Origin: Anolis carolinensis
Lineage: Eukaryota
Assembly (NCBI RefSeq): GCF_035594765.1
Contig: NC_085842.1
Span: 208,517,747-208,581,746, forward strand
Length of the DNA: 64,000 nucleotides
Direction of reading: 5' to 3'
The notes beneath the pieces are model-generated. The model ran no database searches, had not been told where the DNA came from, and saw nothing but the letters and a program-made list of their open reading frames with translations. Position numbers and translations under genes: made by a program. Of the stretch, positions 48,494-62,409 are shown piece after piece (position 1 is the stretch's first letter; every line of letters begins with the position of its first letter).

Positions 48494-51400
48494 CATATAG
48501 CCTTTCATCCTTTTTTACTTCGGACACAACCGAAAGCACCTTTCAAAGCCACCCCTTGGCAAATGACCTGCTTGCACCCACATCCAATACACACATCATG
48601 AAGAATTAAATCACAGGCAAGTACCATGAGGTTGGTAAAGGACTCAGATACCCGCCTTCTTCCCACAAAACCATATGCTATACACCGATGCAAATGCCAC
48701 TAGGTTCAAAGGAGGTAAGTCAACAGAGGACTAAACAGAGCCTCCAAGAATCTCTACAAAACTGAATTGGTCTTGATCTGAACCCAGTCGCTTTCAAGAC
48801 CTTTTTGGCACCTTTCAAGCGCGTTTTGTGTGGTTGAGCCGAACTCCTCAAAGCACGGGAGAAAGTAAATGGTGTATCGCCCCCCCTCACCCTATCTGAA
48901 GGAGTCCTGTATTTAATCCGCAAGTGTAAATCCGCTTTACGAAACACACAGGCGAAGCCAAAGAGAAACAGAACCGCTGCCGGTTCAACCGCAGCAGGAG
49001 TAAAACCTCCCTCTGTCCCCAACGAGACGAGGCTCTTTTAAGTAACATGTGCCATCGCCATCAATATGCCAGCGCACCTTTTACTGAGTATTTTCTCCCC
49101 CTTTTTTATAAGGGTGGGTTCATAAATACACAATAAAGACAGAGTGGGAATAATTAGCAATGTTTACCAACATATGCCACCCACGCCACCTTTGAATCCG
49201 TCTTTTATACTCTGGGATTGGGAAATGAAATAGAATACGAGTAATTAGTTTTAAAGCAAAGCGTTTCAAATGGAAACTTATAGGTAAAGCCTAATGAACT
49301 GCAGAAGAGGGTAAAAAATATCCCAGCCTGATTTTTATATGACTTGGTAGGTAGCAAGGAGACACCGCAATATTTTACTGTTGAGAGAATAAATTAATTA
49401 ATATGTCTGTAGCAACCAACTGCAGTGGCTCCATGGTTGACTGCATTTAAACGAGATATATGTATCAGGCCTCGCTGGTGTTGTTAACAAGAGTGATAAT
49501 AAAGATGAAAAGGATCGGAAAGATAAAAAAGATCGGTAGGTTTGTATTCCTTGCAGGGAAGTGGAAGACTTTGCTGAGGTTTTCTTACTGGCAGGCTTTG
49601 TGTCTGGGGGATGATGTTACAGCGGATTGGGTATGTGAAATAAAGATTTTTTTTCTTTCTTTAAGGAAAATCATAAATTGAGATTAGATTTAGATCTGGG
49701 TTGGAGCTAGACATAGGCCCCTTCCACACAGCTGAATAAAATCCCACATTTTCTGCTTTGAAGTGGAATATATGGCAGTGTGGACTCAGATAACCCAGTT
49801 CAAAGCAGATATTGTGGGATTTTCTGCCCTAATATTCTGGGATATAGGGCTGTGTGGAAGGGCCCTTAGCAAAGTAGACACATTGAAATAAAAGTGGCAC
49901 ACAAATCATAGCTGACTGAATTCCCATTTATTTCCCTGGGTCTGACTTATAGCTAGACTCAACCTAGGTATACACAAGGGCTAGATCTACATTACAATAT
50001 AATGCAGTTCGAACTGCATTACATAGGATCCTTTCACACAGCCATATAACCCAGAATATCAATGCAGACAATCCCACACTATCTACCTTGAACTGGGTTA
50101 TCTGAGTCCACACTGCCATATATATTCCAGTTCAAAGCAGAAAATGTGGGATTTTATTCAGCTGTGTGGAAGGGGGCATGGTCTGTAGACTCATATAATG
50201 CAGTTCAGAGCAGTTCAAACTGCATGATATGGGTCTACCCTGACCATACAATGCACTTCAAACTGCACTATATAGCAGTGTAGATCTAGCCATAGACACA
50301 CACACCAGTTTGCAAGGAAATGTTACCATGGTTCTGATCCGACCCAAGGTGAGTATGTTGGAGACCCACTGGTTTCAGTTAGTCCTGTTTCTAAATTTTT
50401 TCCTTTACTCAGGCCCCTTCTACACTGCCATAGAATTCAGATGACCAAAGCAGATAATCCACATTATCTGCTTTGAACTGGATTATGTGAGTCTACACTG
50501 CTATATAATCCATTTCAAAGTAGATAATCTGGATTTTATTTGACAGCGTAGAAGGGGCCTCAGGGCCTTTCCACATAGCCATATAACCCAGAATATGAAG
50601 GCAGAAAATCTCAAAATATCAGCATTGAACTGGGTTATCTGAGTCTACACTGCCATATATTCCGGTTCAAAGCAGATAATGTGGGATTTTTTTGAGCTGT
50701 GTGGAAGGGGCCAGAGATGCACAGTGATTTAGTACAACAGTGCTTAATTAACCACAAACGAGTGCTGAAATCCCTTCCCTTGAAAGGAGTGGGTTCCCCA
50801 TCATGAACCCTTCAGTCCCTATTGATTCAGACGATAAAACGATGCTTAATATGGGCTGGATCATGGCCCTCTCTTTGGATGCAAAAGCGTCCCCTTTCCT
50901 TCCCAGAGCTGATGAATTTAATCCCTTCTGCTTTTACGGTATGCCCCAAAGTCTTACTGTTTTTCTAAATACGTTTACATTTCAGAACCTCTGTTTACAT
51001 TTGCCTGAAACAATAACAGCGGGATTCTGAAACAGCCACGCTAAAAAATATTGTTCATTCTCTGCAGTATAGCGGTGCGGAGGCCTTTGTTGTTCTTCCT
51101 ATATGTGAGAGGGTCTCAAAGAATCGCCGCCGACATTAATCTTTTCAAGAAAGGGAAGGCGGGAGAGCATCATTTCAGGAGTGGTATCCAGGCCTTAGCT
51201 TTTACCTAAACGCACGTTTCACAGAGATGATCACATAATTACAGGGCAAGGAGAAATTCATTTCATTGGGTTGAAAAGCTAGTAATCTAGGACGAGGGCA
51301 GCGAAAAGGAAATGATTATTGCCACGATTAGCTGTATTACATGAAGGAGGCGAAGAGGAGCAGACATCCTCCCAAGGAACAAGAAGAATCACAGACTGTT

Positions 51401-52070
51401 TTGCCATAGACTCTACTGAGGACTGGGTTGGACCACATTGTTTGAGAAAGCTGCGATTCAGCAAAACCTAAGGGCCGGCCCGTAGTCTGCTTTGTGACGC
51501 TTAACTAGACTGCAAAAGCCAGAAATCCAGTCCCAGGGCAAGAAAAGGAGGGAGATGTAATATTCAGTCATTCTGCATGTATTGTACCATTGGATTGACA
51601 AGGCAGCTGGTTTTCTTGAAGACAAAGGAATAGGGATGCAAACGTATTGGGATGCAAGGTCCAGATCCACACACTGGGGGCCCTCCCACATAGCCATATA
51701 ACCCAGAATACCAAGGCACAAAATCCCACAATACCTGCTTTGAACTGGGTTATACAAGTCCACACTGTCATATATTCCAGGTTAAAGCAGATAATGTGGG
51801 ATTTTATTCAGCTGTGTGGAAGGGTCCTGGGAAGACTTAATCACAAAAGGGGCCCAAAATAAAGGTTTTGGATACTTTAAAAACCTCCCCAGTTGTTCTC
51901 ACTGCAATGAAAAAGAGCCTGCAGTTTTTCCAGAAATTGTTGAGGGATATTTCAAGATTGCAAGCCTTTCACTACAATGTTGGACTCTTCTATGCACCTT
52001 TATGTACTTACAACAAACCTCACCATTTCTCCACTGGGCAACCGATTTTTAAATAATAATAACAGTAGTA

Positions 52071-52127
<57 letters not shown>

Positions 52128-52279
52128 GATACATGTACTATGCTCTACACTTATTATTTCTCCTTCCACAGTCAGAACCAGATGAAAAAGCCAAGAAATT
52201 GTGATTCATATCTATATCGATATTTGTAGTCTACTTCCATGCCTGAAAGAAGGAAAGGATCTCCAACAAGAGGAACATA

Positions 52280-52390
52280 GGGTTGCTGTGAGTTTTCTGG
52301 GCTGTATGGCCATGTTCCAGAAGCATGGCCATACAGCCCGGAAAACTCACAGCCACCCAGTTATTCCGGCCATGAAATCCTTCCACAACA
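52280..52390. mobile_element. Mini fold-back PLE insertion
   Basis: About 35-bp inverted arms. 13-bp TSD CAAGAGGAACATA at 52267-52279 and 52391-52403. Confidence 0.82.
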
Positions 52391-55109
52391 CAAGAGGAAC
52401 ATACTTTATCAAGTCCCTCTTGGTCACAATAAGGATGACCCCTATTCTCTCTATAAAATTAGATGAGTGGGTGGGCCCATGGTCACCACTTCTAAAGTCT
52501 GTGGCTGATACTCCAGTCCTCTTATTTTAAAGATTGTGGGATGTGAAATTCGAGAAACAGAAGGTCTCGGAAACCTCGCCTAATAATTCACCTTAGTTGG
52601 CCTGGAACTCAATGGCTTATATAGCAAGAGTTCATCCTAAATGACTAATGAGTCAGGAATTTGGAGCAAATCTAATCATGTTCTATTTCTCACCGCTGTT
52701 TTTTAAAAATTCTTTCTTTTCCTGAAATTTAAGCCTAAATGGTAAACGTTGCCGTTTTTTACAGTAATCTGTGAGAGCCTCTTTTGTCTTCTGCCCAAGC
52801 AAACGCACAGCACACTTAAGGTCTAAACTCTCCTTGAACCCATATGCCGATATTTTCCAAAGCAAAACCAACACTTATTCTCTTAGCTTTACTATGGCCT
52901 GCTATTTGTGTCTATTAATACCAGCATTAGCGTTGTTAATATTTATTAATATTATGTATTAGTTAATAATATATATTAATATTATTCTGCTTTTGCAGAA
53001 ATGGCGAGTAAGCCTGTTCTTTTTTCTCAGACTGTGTGAGCAAACTGGGTTGTTGTTTTTTCACGTCCCAGATTTCAGTTTTCCCTGTAAGAAATGAAGC
53101 TTTCAGTAGATGCCAGGATAAGCAGAGATCTTGTTTGCTAAGGAACTCTGGGGTTAGAAGGAGAAAATCAAGTCTTGGTTACCCCCAAGGAGGAAAAAAA
53201 AAAGGAAAAGGGGGAGAGAGAAAGCTATCAATTTGAGTCTGGACAGACCATTGCATTAAAAAGAAGAGCTGACCACGACCACCAGCCCTTTTTTCTTCCC
53301 CCCCCCCCCAAATGCCATCTCCACTACTTCAAGGCCACATTCAACAACAAAAACAACCTCCGACGCTGCAGTCTGCCCCAAACCCATTCCTTTGAATAGC
53401 CCTTTAATTCAGCAAGCTCAAGATTGCAAGAGGACGGGGGTTGGAGGGGGGGCGGAGACCGGCTTTTTTTTGGGGGGGGGGTTAACCTTTGGCGGTTTCC
53501 AATCTCGATCCTGACCCCCTCTTTTTCTCCCTTTCCCTCCCCTCCCTTCACCCTCCGCGAGGAAGTAGAGAAAATCGATTGTACCTCTTTTGGTGCAGGC
53601 TTTTAAAAATCAGCCCAAAATCTTAGCAATTCGGTGAGACCTTGCCTCTAATCCGCTGCTGATCTCTTCCCCTCACCCAACCCCTCCCTCCTCTCTCTTT
53701 TTTGGGTCGGGATGACTTCTGTTTACAACTGTCTGTCTGGGTGGGCGGGGGCCGCCATTGCAAAGTGAAGGTCAAGTTAGCATCCTACCTTATATGGCTA
53801 TACAGCTGTCCTCCATTTTCAGGGGTTTGTCACAAGGCGGCTCAGTGGACATCGCCTGGCTTCCCCCAAGTAAACATAGGGGGTCTCTGTCCTCCCCCAG
53901 CCCACCATTCTTGTTTTTTGGGGAAATGGGGGTCATCTGAATGCAAGGAGAGAGGAAAAGGGGGGCTTAGAAGATCTACTCGTGACGACTGCGGCTTGGA
54001 AAATCTCCCCCCCCTTTCTCTCCCTCGTTCCCTCCCTTCTCTCCCCCCCCCCTTCTTGGATTGCAGACTTCAAACAAGTCTTCTTTCAGCAAGATGCAAA
54101 CACGTCTGCCATGGAGGAAATTAAACGTCATAAAGAAAAGCCCAATTAGGGTTTTAATGTCTCAACATTCCCGTTTCCTCCAGAACACAATGAAGTTCGC
54201 TCGGTAAGGAGGGGAGAAAAGGGGGAGGGAAGAAGCTTGGGAGGAGGGAAAGGAAGACTTAGGTTTCCTTGTTTTGAAAGTATAATCCTTAAAGAAAAGA
54301 TGGTGGAACAGGGGGGGAGGGTGGGTGGAGAGATTGCCATGAAGGAAGAGAGAGCCCCAAAACACTGGAGTGTGGGAGCGTGCGTGCGTGTGTGTGTGAC
54401 TTTATGGAAGTGTGTGCTTATGTCTGTATGTACACAAAGACGGACAGAAAGGACAGGCGCGTGCACGCGCGCGCGCGCGCGCGCAAACACACACACACAC
54501 ACACAGAGGGTCCTAGGCCAAAGCAGCCTTAACCCCCTCCGGACATCTGCCAATGATTGGGGAGTAAGTAAGGAAGGAGTGGGTGGTCTCGGAAAATACC
54601 GAGATTGAACTGATAAAGTCTTATAGCGGCTGGATCGAGGAGAGGGAGAGGTGTGAGGGAGAAGAAAGGGGCCCCTAGGTGACTTCGGGTGCTCTATCTC
54701 CCTTCTCTTATCTTCCCTCCCTCCTTGGGGCCAAGCAATTTCCAGAATGGCAGGACTTTGTGGAGGAAAAAGTCCAAGGCAGCCGCCAACCAGCCCCAGA
54801 TGCCACCCACTGGGAGGAGGAGGACTAGCCTCTGCCTTTGGGACCCAAAGCATACCTTTTGGGTCTCTGCCTTGATTGTAATCGTGCCCCCAAGACCCAG
54901 ACATTGGCGTTTCCCTGACACTTCCGTAGACTCTTTTGTATATTCTTAGTGTGGGACAGGAGGAGAGCCAGTGCGGCGTTCTTTACCCGCAATCCCTTAA
55001 ATCAAGGAGTAGACCGATTCTCCAGTGACAGCCTCAAAAGCTGCTTAATCTATCCAAGGTGCGTGCTTTTGCGTGTGTCTTCCTAGACTGAAGCCAGATG
55101 TGAATTTAA

Positions 55110-55163
<54 letters not shown>

Positions 55164-55302
55164 GAAAACGCTCCTTCCCGCTTTGCACTTTCAGTTGTAA
55201 CTTTTGTTTATTTGGATCTTGCGGGGGATGGAAGCCACTAAAATACGTCCTTGGCGGCTTTCATTTGCCCTGTGAGCAAAGGATAGATTAAAAAAAACAG
55301 GA

Positions 55303-55554
55303 GGGTGCATTCCCACAATTTTAAAAAATATAAATGAAAAACAAAATATTTCTTTGGGCTTTTTTTACAGCAAATATCACTTTTTCAATCCCAAATTAGT
55401 TAATCATTTTACCCTGTTTCCCAGGGTTTTCTCGGGGAGATAGGGCAAAATGACTAATTTGGAACTGAAAGAAGTGATATTTGCTGTAAAAAAAAAACCC
55501 TCAAGGAAATCTTTTGTTTTTCATGTATATTTTTTAAAATGTGGAAATGCACCC
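55303..55554. repeat. About 250-bp fold-back inverted repeat, probably a MITE
   Basis: GGGTGCATT.CCACA...TGTGGAAATGCACCC termini, with complementary arms running nearly to the centre. Confidence 0.8.
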
Positions 55555-55599
55555 CACTCCCCATCTTCCATGATGGGAACGACTTGAGATGGCATACAG

Positions 55600-55898
55600 A
55601 AACACCTCCCAACAAAGGATTCCCGCAAGCAGTAAGCAGCTAGACCTTGAAGCTGAATGGCTATTAAATGCTAATTAAGGTAGTCAATTGCAACATTCAC
55701 TCCTGTCTCAAACAGACAAGAGTTCTTTCTCCCACCCTGAACATTGGGCCATATAGTTTCCAACATACCTCACAACCTCTGAGGATGCCTGCCATATGTG
55801 GGCGAAACATCAGAAAATAATGCTTCTGGAACATGGTCATATAGCCCAGAAAACTCGCAGCAACCCAGTGATTCCGGCCATGAAAGCCTTCGACAACA
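55600..55898 (+). mobile_element. PLE 3' fragment
   Basis: Homology to the PLE 3' end. Confidence 0.78.
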
Positions 55899-56727
55899 CA
55901 AAAAGTCATTTCTTTTGTCACCTCCATGTCCTGTTCTCTATGGCTGTGATAAGGAAGAATGGGACGCATGAGCTCAACTCCATTTGATTTGCTTCATAAG
56001 ACGGATTGGGAGCATTTAAAAGGAGTTTGTTTTAATTAATAAGTAAGCAATGGCACTTCTATGGCTTTCAATCGGTCAATGGGCACACAGCTTTGGGCTG
56101 AGGTTTGCAAACAGCCGAGGATCTTTTCTTTAACTGACTATTGGGAAGACAAAGCAGTATCTGTGATACTATGGGCATTCCTATCTCTTCATCCTAAAAG
56201 ACAAGTTTCTGTGTCACTGGGTTGGATAAGTGGTTCTGCTCCTAGTATTTCAGAGAAGGAAAGAGGAAAACTGGAGTGTGTCTGTAGAAAAGAAAGGGAG
56301 CTGCAAAAGAAAAAGCGAAAATACTCATGTAAAGGGCGGTAGAAAAGAAAGGGGGGAAGAAAAATAATGAGAAAGAAGGAAGGGAGAGAAGGAAGGAAGT
56401 GAAGCAAAACGTCCTTTATCTTGAGGAAAACAAACATGAAACATGAAATGGAATCGAATAGTTAAAAAAAAACACTGTCCACACAGAATCAGTCACTTTA
56501 AAAAAATCCAGTGTATTTCAATCATAAATAATGTTTTTAATTCTTCCATAGACATCAGGGAGAGCTTTTAGACTATCTCTTAGGCTTGTAGAAGGTTGCT
56601 ATTTCCAACAATCTTGGTCTTCTGGAATGACCTATGGCTGAATATGTCTGTTTTATTCCGACATTTTTAAAAATATGCCTAACCCACTTTAGAATGGCAC
56701 TTTGGTCAGCAAAGTAGGTACTTCAAA

Positions 56728-57330
56728 GTGTGTGCGTGTGCGTTCGTGTATATATACATATATACGTGTGTTACATATACCTATTTATATATATATTCCT
56801 TGAAGTATATATGTGTGTGTATATACACTCACACCNNNNNNNNNNNNNNNNNNNNNNNNNNNNNNNNNNNNNNNNNNNNNNNNNNNNNNNNNNNNNNNNN
56901 NNNNNNNNNNNNNNNNNNNNNNNNNNNNNNNNNNNNNNNNNNNNNNNNNNNNNNNNNNNNNNNTGTACACACACATATATACACACCTTGAAGTATAGAT
57001 ATTATGTACAGACACACACATACCTGTTACGGTGTGTCTATGAAGTATATGTATATGTATATATGTACACATATATACACACACACCTTGAAGTATACAT
57101 ATTATAAACAGACACACATAGATATTCGTGTGTACGGTGTGTACACCTTGACGTATATGTGTGTATATGTACACATTATATGTGTGTTACTCTCTCTGTG
57201 TATATATATACACCTTGAAGTATATGTATATGAGTGTATATGTACACATATATATACACATACCTTGAAGCATAAATATTACACACACACACATATAAAA
57301 ACATATATGAACACACACGTAGAGTATGTA
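56728..57330. repeat. (CA/TA)-rich minisatellite with recurring CACACCTTGAAGTATA, spanning an N gap
   Basis: Motif repeats at about 56982, 57082, 57210 and 57260. Confidence 0.75.
56836..56963. other. Assembly gap (N run)
   Basis: N characters. Confidence 1.
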
Positions 57331-58486
57331 TGAAAGCTTTTAATGTGAAGAGTACCACAAGGTCTCCCATAGACTTCAACCACACAGTATGGAACTTGTC
57401 TGCATCATTTCGAGCTTGTATTCCTCCCTCAGTAACTGTCTCTAAACCATCCACCGCTAACTTTTCAAAGTCCTAAGGTGTGGTCAAGATTGCCGTTATT
57501 TGCACCTAGGCCAATCTGATTGTAAATTGCGCTCCATGTTGCTGCTTTCAAAGGGATCCCTGGATAGAGAAAGAGATAGAGAGACCTCACATTTCTGGAG
57601 AGGGCTGCCGCGCGCACGCGCACACGCTCCCATTCAAACAAAGAGGCTGATATTTCATAGCAGGGCCAAAAAAGAAAGAATGAAAGCAAAGAAACCCTCC
57701 CTCGCTCCGAAGGCTCTGAAGTATCCTGCCAACCCATACAACGGGATTCTGTGTTCGCAAAGTGTCACCGCATAACCATCCCAGACAATTCCGTGGTCAA
57801 TTTATTCAGATTAGTGTGGATACTGGAACTGATCCCAATGCAACCCAGCTTCCACTGAGGCGGGTGGGGTACAGAGCAGCGGTAGGAGGTTTAAGATGGG
57901 TGTGTGGTTTTCTCCCCTCCCCCTTCTTTTTCTCTTCCTTTATCCTCCTTGATCTCCACATATAAAATAGGAACAAGGCGGCCTGTTTGATGAAATGAAA
58001 GAAAAGTAGCCATCAAGATATAGAGATGTGCCATTTAAAAATATTTTTAATCTTTCTGCCCACCCTGAGGCACGCTTCCAGGCCCACAACTCAAAGGGCA
58101 ATGTGTCTTCTAAGAGTGTTTGGATCAGGCCCATCCTCAAAAACTTTGTATTTCTTCAGACAAACCAAACCAAGTCCTTTTCCTCCCAGATATTGCCATT
58201 CTTGAAGTCCTTGCTTGTAAACCGGGCTGGCGCCTGAAATGCATTCTTCTTACTGCAAACCGGGTGTTGTGTATTCACTTCCCTGCTTTCCAGGAAAGCA
58301 TGTTCGGACAATAAAGCAATTTTTAAAATAAAAAAGCACTGTCTGGTCACTTTTGTACCGTTTACATGAATAGCATTTAACACTCGTGATATATTTCTGA
58401 GTTTGTTGCATGTCCTGTTGGTAAATACATGCAGCAACGAATTTTTCATTTTGTTCTTAAGTAAGCGACTAGCATAATAATGGATT

Positions 58487-58698
58487 ACTGTGAGTTTTCT
58501 GGGCTGTATGGCCATGTTCCAGAAGCATTCTCTCCTGAAGTTTCGCCCACATCTATGGCAGGCATCCTCACAACCTCTGAGGATGCCTGCCATAAATGTA
58601 GGCAAAACCTTGTGATGCTTCTGGAACATGGCCATACAGCCGGGAAAACTCACAGCAAGTAACCCAGTGGTTCCAGCCATGAAAGCCTTCGACAACAC
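58487..58698. mobile_element. Fold-back PLE terminal-repeat pair
   Basis: About 80-bp inverted arms around the 7-nt loop CAACCTC (58571-58577). Confidence 0.82.
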
Positions 58699-61600
58699 AT
58701 AGAATAATAATTTCTGGAACTGGGGTCTCTCTGCCGCAAAAGTTGATTTCTTGGCTGAATTTCTATGCTTCTTTTGATTTCTTTTTTTTAAAAAAACATC
58801 ATAAGTCATGGGCAAACTCCAGTGAACTTGGCTTTGTGAGTTATTTACACACCGCTTCCCTTCTCTCCTTCCTTGCTCCCCCTCTTCCCTCCCTCAAAAT
58901 ACTGGGGCAATGGTTTCTTTTTATTTAAGCCAGTTTTGCCAATGCATCCAACTGATTTGAGGGTGCCTTTAAAGAAATTTGTGTTGCCACTGGCATCTCA
59001 TCCACACCTCCTTGGAAGGAAAGCCACCCTGGAATGAGACTCACATCTACACAAAATTAGGCTTACCCGAGGGGCGAGCTGTGTCCAACTTAATCCAAAG
59101 TCTCCTTGCCTAAGATGCGAGTCAATGAGAAGCCCTGGACTCTCCTCTTTCTCGTTGCCAACCCAAACCAGGAGCAGAGTTGCTTATTTTCACCCCAAAG
59201 GTGCTCCTCCGGGGAGGCACCGAGTGTACCTCTCTCTGCCTTTTAGGCCGCCTAAGAGCTGGCTTTGAGGGTGGCTGGTAAGCCAGGCCGCTTATCAGCT
59301 TTTATCTTTATTGGGTCCACATGATTTTGAACTTGCAACCCTGGCCTGGGAAAGATCTTTGACAAAAAAGTCCTCCCCTCCGCTTTGTTTCCTTTCGCAG
59401 CTTATGAAGCCGTCTTTAGTAGGCTGGCTTATATCCAATTAAATTTATCTTTGCCATTGGGGGATCATAACATTGTCCAAGAGCTTCCTACTTGTGGCTA
59501 TTGTCTCTTGGCCCCGGATTTCCTCAACGCTCAACCAGTCGCGGGTAATCTATTTGCTGGCGAAGTTGGGCTTTTTTGGAAATACCCTTTGGGCTTCATT
59601 GAAATAGATCAGGGCATTTTATTTTGCCTTAGACAGTCATTATCTAAGGCCCTTTCTACACTACATATAACCTGGATTTTATATGGCAGTGTAGAAAGGG
59701 CCTAGTGTGTGGCAATCCTTTTGCCTAAATTAGTAAGTAACACCACCATCAGCATTAACTTAGTACACGTTGAAATAGATCAGAGCATTTTATTTTGCCT
59801 TAGGAAGTCATTATCTAAGACTCCTTCTTTACTGCCATATAAAATCCAGATTATCTGCTTTGAACTGGATTATATGGCAGTGTAGACTCATACAATCCAA
59901 TTCAATGCACATAATGTAGATTATTTGCTTTAATGATCTGAATTATATGGCTGTGTAGAAAGGGGCCTGAGTGTTGCAATCCTTTTGCCCAAATTAAATA
60001 AATAACACCACATCAGCTCCAGTTTGGGACCCCAAACATGTTGACATCCAAAAGTCACTTCCACTAGAAATTTCGATATCACAGAGTCCTTAGGAGGTAA
60101 ATGTTTGGGGAGGGTTTGGCCCAAGAAATGCATGAAAAACGGGTTGTATTAAACATTTTGAGGGGTTTTGCCTCTCAAATCATCCTGAAATCCGCAGAAG
60201 AAGCTCGTCCATTCTGAAAATATAAGCTTCTCTATCCTGATTTCTCTCTTTTGAAAATAAGAATAAATTCAAAAGCCATTATCGATACTCCCGCTGAGGA
60301 AGATAAGGAAAACCATCCGAAATTTAGATTAATACACATGATGGTATCCCTTTATATTTGTTTTCCAGTAAACGGTCTCTGTAAAATAGTAATATGGGCA
60401 GAACTGACAAAGGCTTCTGTGTTATAGCCTCCACAGAGAATTTTCCCTCAGTTTGGACCAAAAAGCTAAACCAAATTGACTTTGGATGGCAAATATGAAT
60501 TTCTTTCTCAGAGGGATACTTGACCAAAGAGACTCGTTTCTTGACGGCAAAGGTGGGTAAACCGTGTCCAAAACCTCCTTGGACATGATATCATGCTCAG
60601 TCTGGACTTCTTTAATGTGCAATGTACACAAACAAGCCAAAGAAGGGCTGGAGTCTTGCCACTGAGACGGGAACATGCCTTTGGCCAAGTCCGCCACAAC
60701 TATAACAGAGACGGGTTCTTTGGAAGTTCAGTTTAGCCGCAGTGAAAGAAGGTTTCCTAGAAAGCCTTGCTTTTGAATGTTTTCTCTCTCGTTTTACAAC
60801 TAAAAATAAAACAACAAAAACAAAAAACACTGCAGTATGTATTTCACTGCTCACCATTAAAGCAGGCAAATGAGATGGACATTTATTGTATTGTTTGAAC
60901 ATAGGAATGCAATACGATACAATGCCGAAATACTCTCGAAGCTACAAAGAAATGGCAGGATAAATAATATACATACTTCTAATTACATGATGAAACCTTG
61001 CCCAAGAGTTTATATATGAAGATTTCCTCTGCCCTTCCTTCTTCCCTTCCTTTACATTTTAAGAAACAATGGAGAAATCACATTCTCGTGGAGGCAACTT
61101 TGAAAACATTTTGAAACTTTTTAAAAAAATCTCTTTTTCTCTTGTGCACATGTAAGCGTCTATAAACTGTAAAAAAGAAAAGCTATCCCTGATGAAAGAA
61201 ACCCGCAAACACTGCAGTTTATTTGCCCTACACACATTGAGCTGCTTTTTTTTAAAAAAGAAAAAAAGTGGAGACCAAAAGGAATGTGAGACTTCCAGTC
61301 TTCATTCTTCTGTTTTATGGTAGTCAGGGAATTGACTTTGGTGGTTCAAATTCAAGTGCTGGAGCTCCGCAGCTGTCTTTTTCTGGGCTTCTTCGCAGGA
61401 AGCTGACAAATCCTATACTTTCAACCGGGCTTTAAAAAAAACTGCACCACGGCACTGGGGCTTTGCTGAGGCTTACATCTACCTATTAAGAGCAATAAAT
61501 TACTGGCACACCTAAAGGAGAGATCCTGCTCATTATTATACCACCCCAATGGCTTTCAGCAGCCACCCCCTCGAGACCCCCTCTGCTTCGCCACCTAAGC

Positions 61601-62409
61601 AGCCCAGAAAGATGGCGAAATTAATCTAATCTCAAGAACGGGGAAATTAGAAAGAAAATGCATGGACTTTTTATCCTTTTTTACCTCTTTAAAAGAGGAG
61701 ATATAATAAGTTAGTTAGCTCCAAGACCTTTTCCATCAAGAATTTATTTATTTTATTTCAATAAATATTTTTGAACCTAAAGTTTTGACTCTGCAATCCT
61801 AAAACATCCTGAGGAATAGAAGTATATCCCAGCTCACCACACTTACGTTTCTGCTGATTATGAAGTTTACTTCTGGTACTCTGCTATATTTATGGTGGAA
61901 TCACCCCAACTGAGGGTTATTTTGAGCCTAACAGCTCAAATTCCCCAACAAAAAGAAAGAAAAAGAAAGGAAGGAAGGAAGGAAGGAAGGACGGGAAGTG
62001 GCATAGTCTCTCTGCAAGTATTCTCCCTACCCAGACCCATGGCAAATAATATCCGCCTGATCCCACACACCATTGGAGTTGTTCTGTTTGTGGGTGGGCA
62101 TGAAGCCCCAGGATAAAGTCCCTCGTAAACAAATGCTTTATTAGTTTGGAGTTGGTATGAATATTACTTCGTAAAAAAGGGAGAGAAAGGCTCCCTGGCA
62201 CTTTGCGTTTTAAAAGTTTGTGCTTAAACCAACAGCCAACTCGTAAAAAGCTGGCCGAATGCAGGGGTGCCTGCTTGAAAACAACCCATCCTTACAATGA
62301 GCAATTTTAGTGGGGTTGTTGTTTCTTCTTCTCCTTCTCTCCCTCCTTTCCTGGATCCTTGCCTTAGCCCTAAACTAGAAAGGTGTGTTGGAGATAGCAA
62401 TGGGACGCA

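Noticed and set aside
54146-54904. 252-aa minus-strand ORF
   Set aside because: Runs through (GC)n(CA)n and purine-rich low-complexity sequence with no domain.
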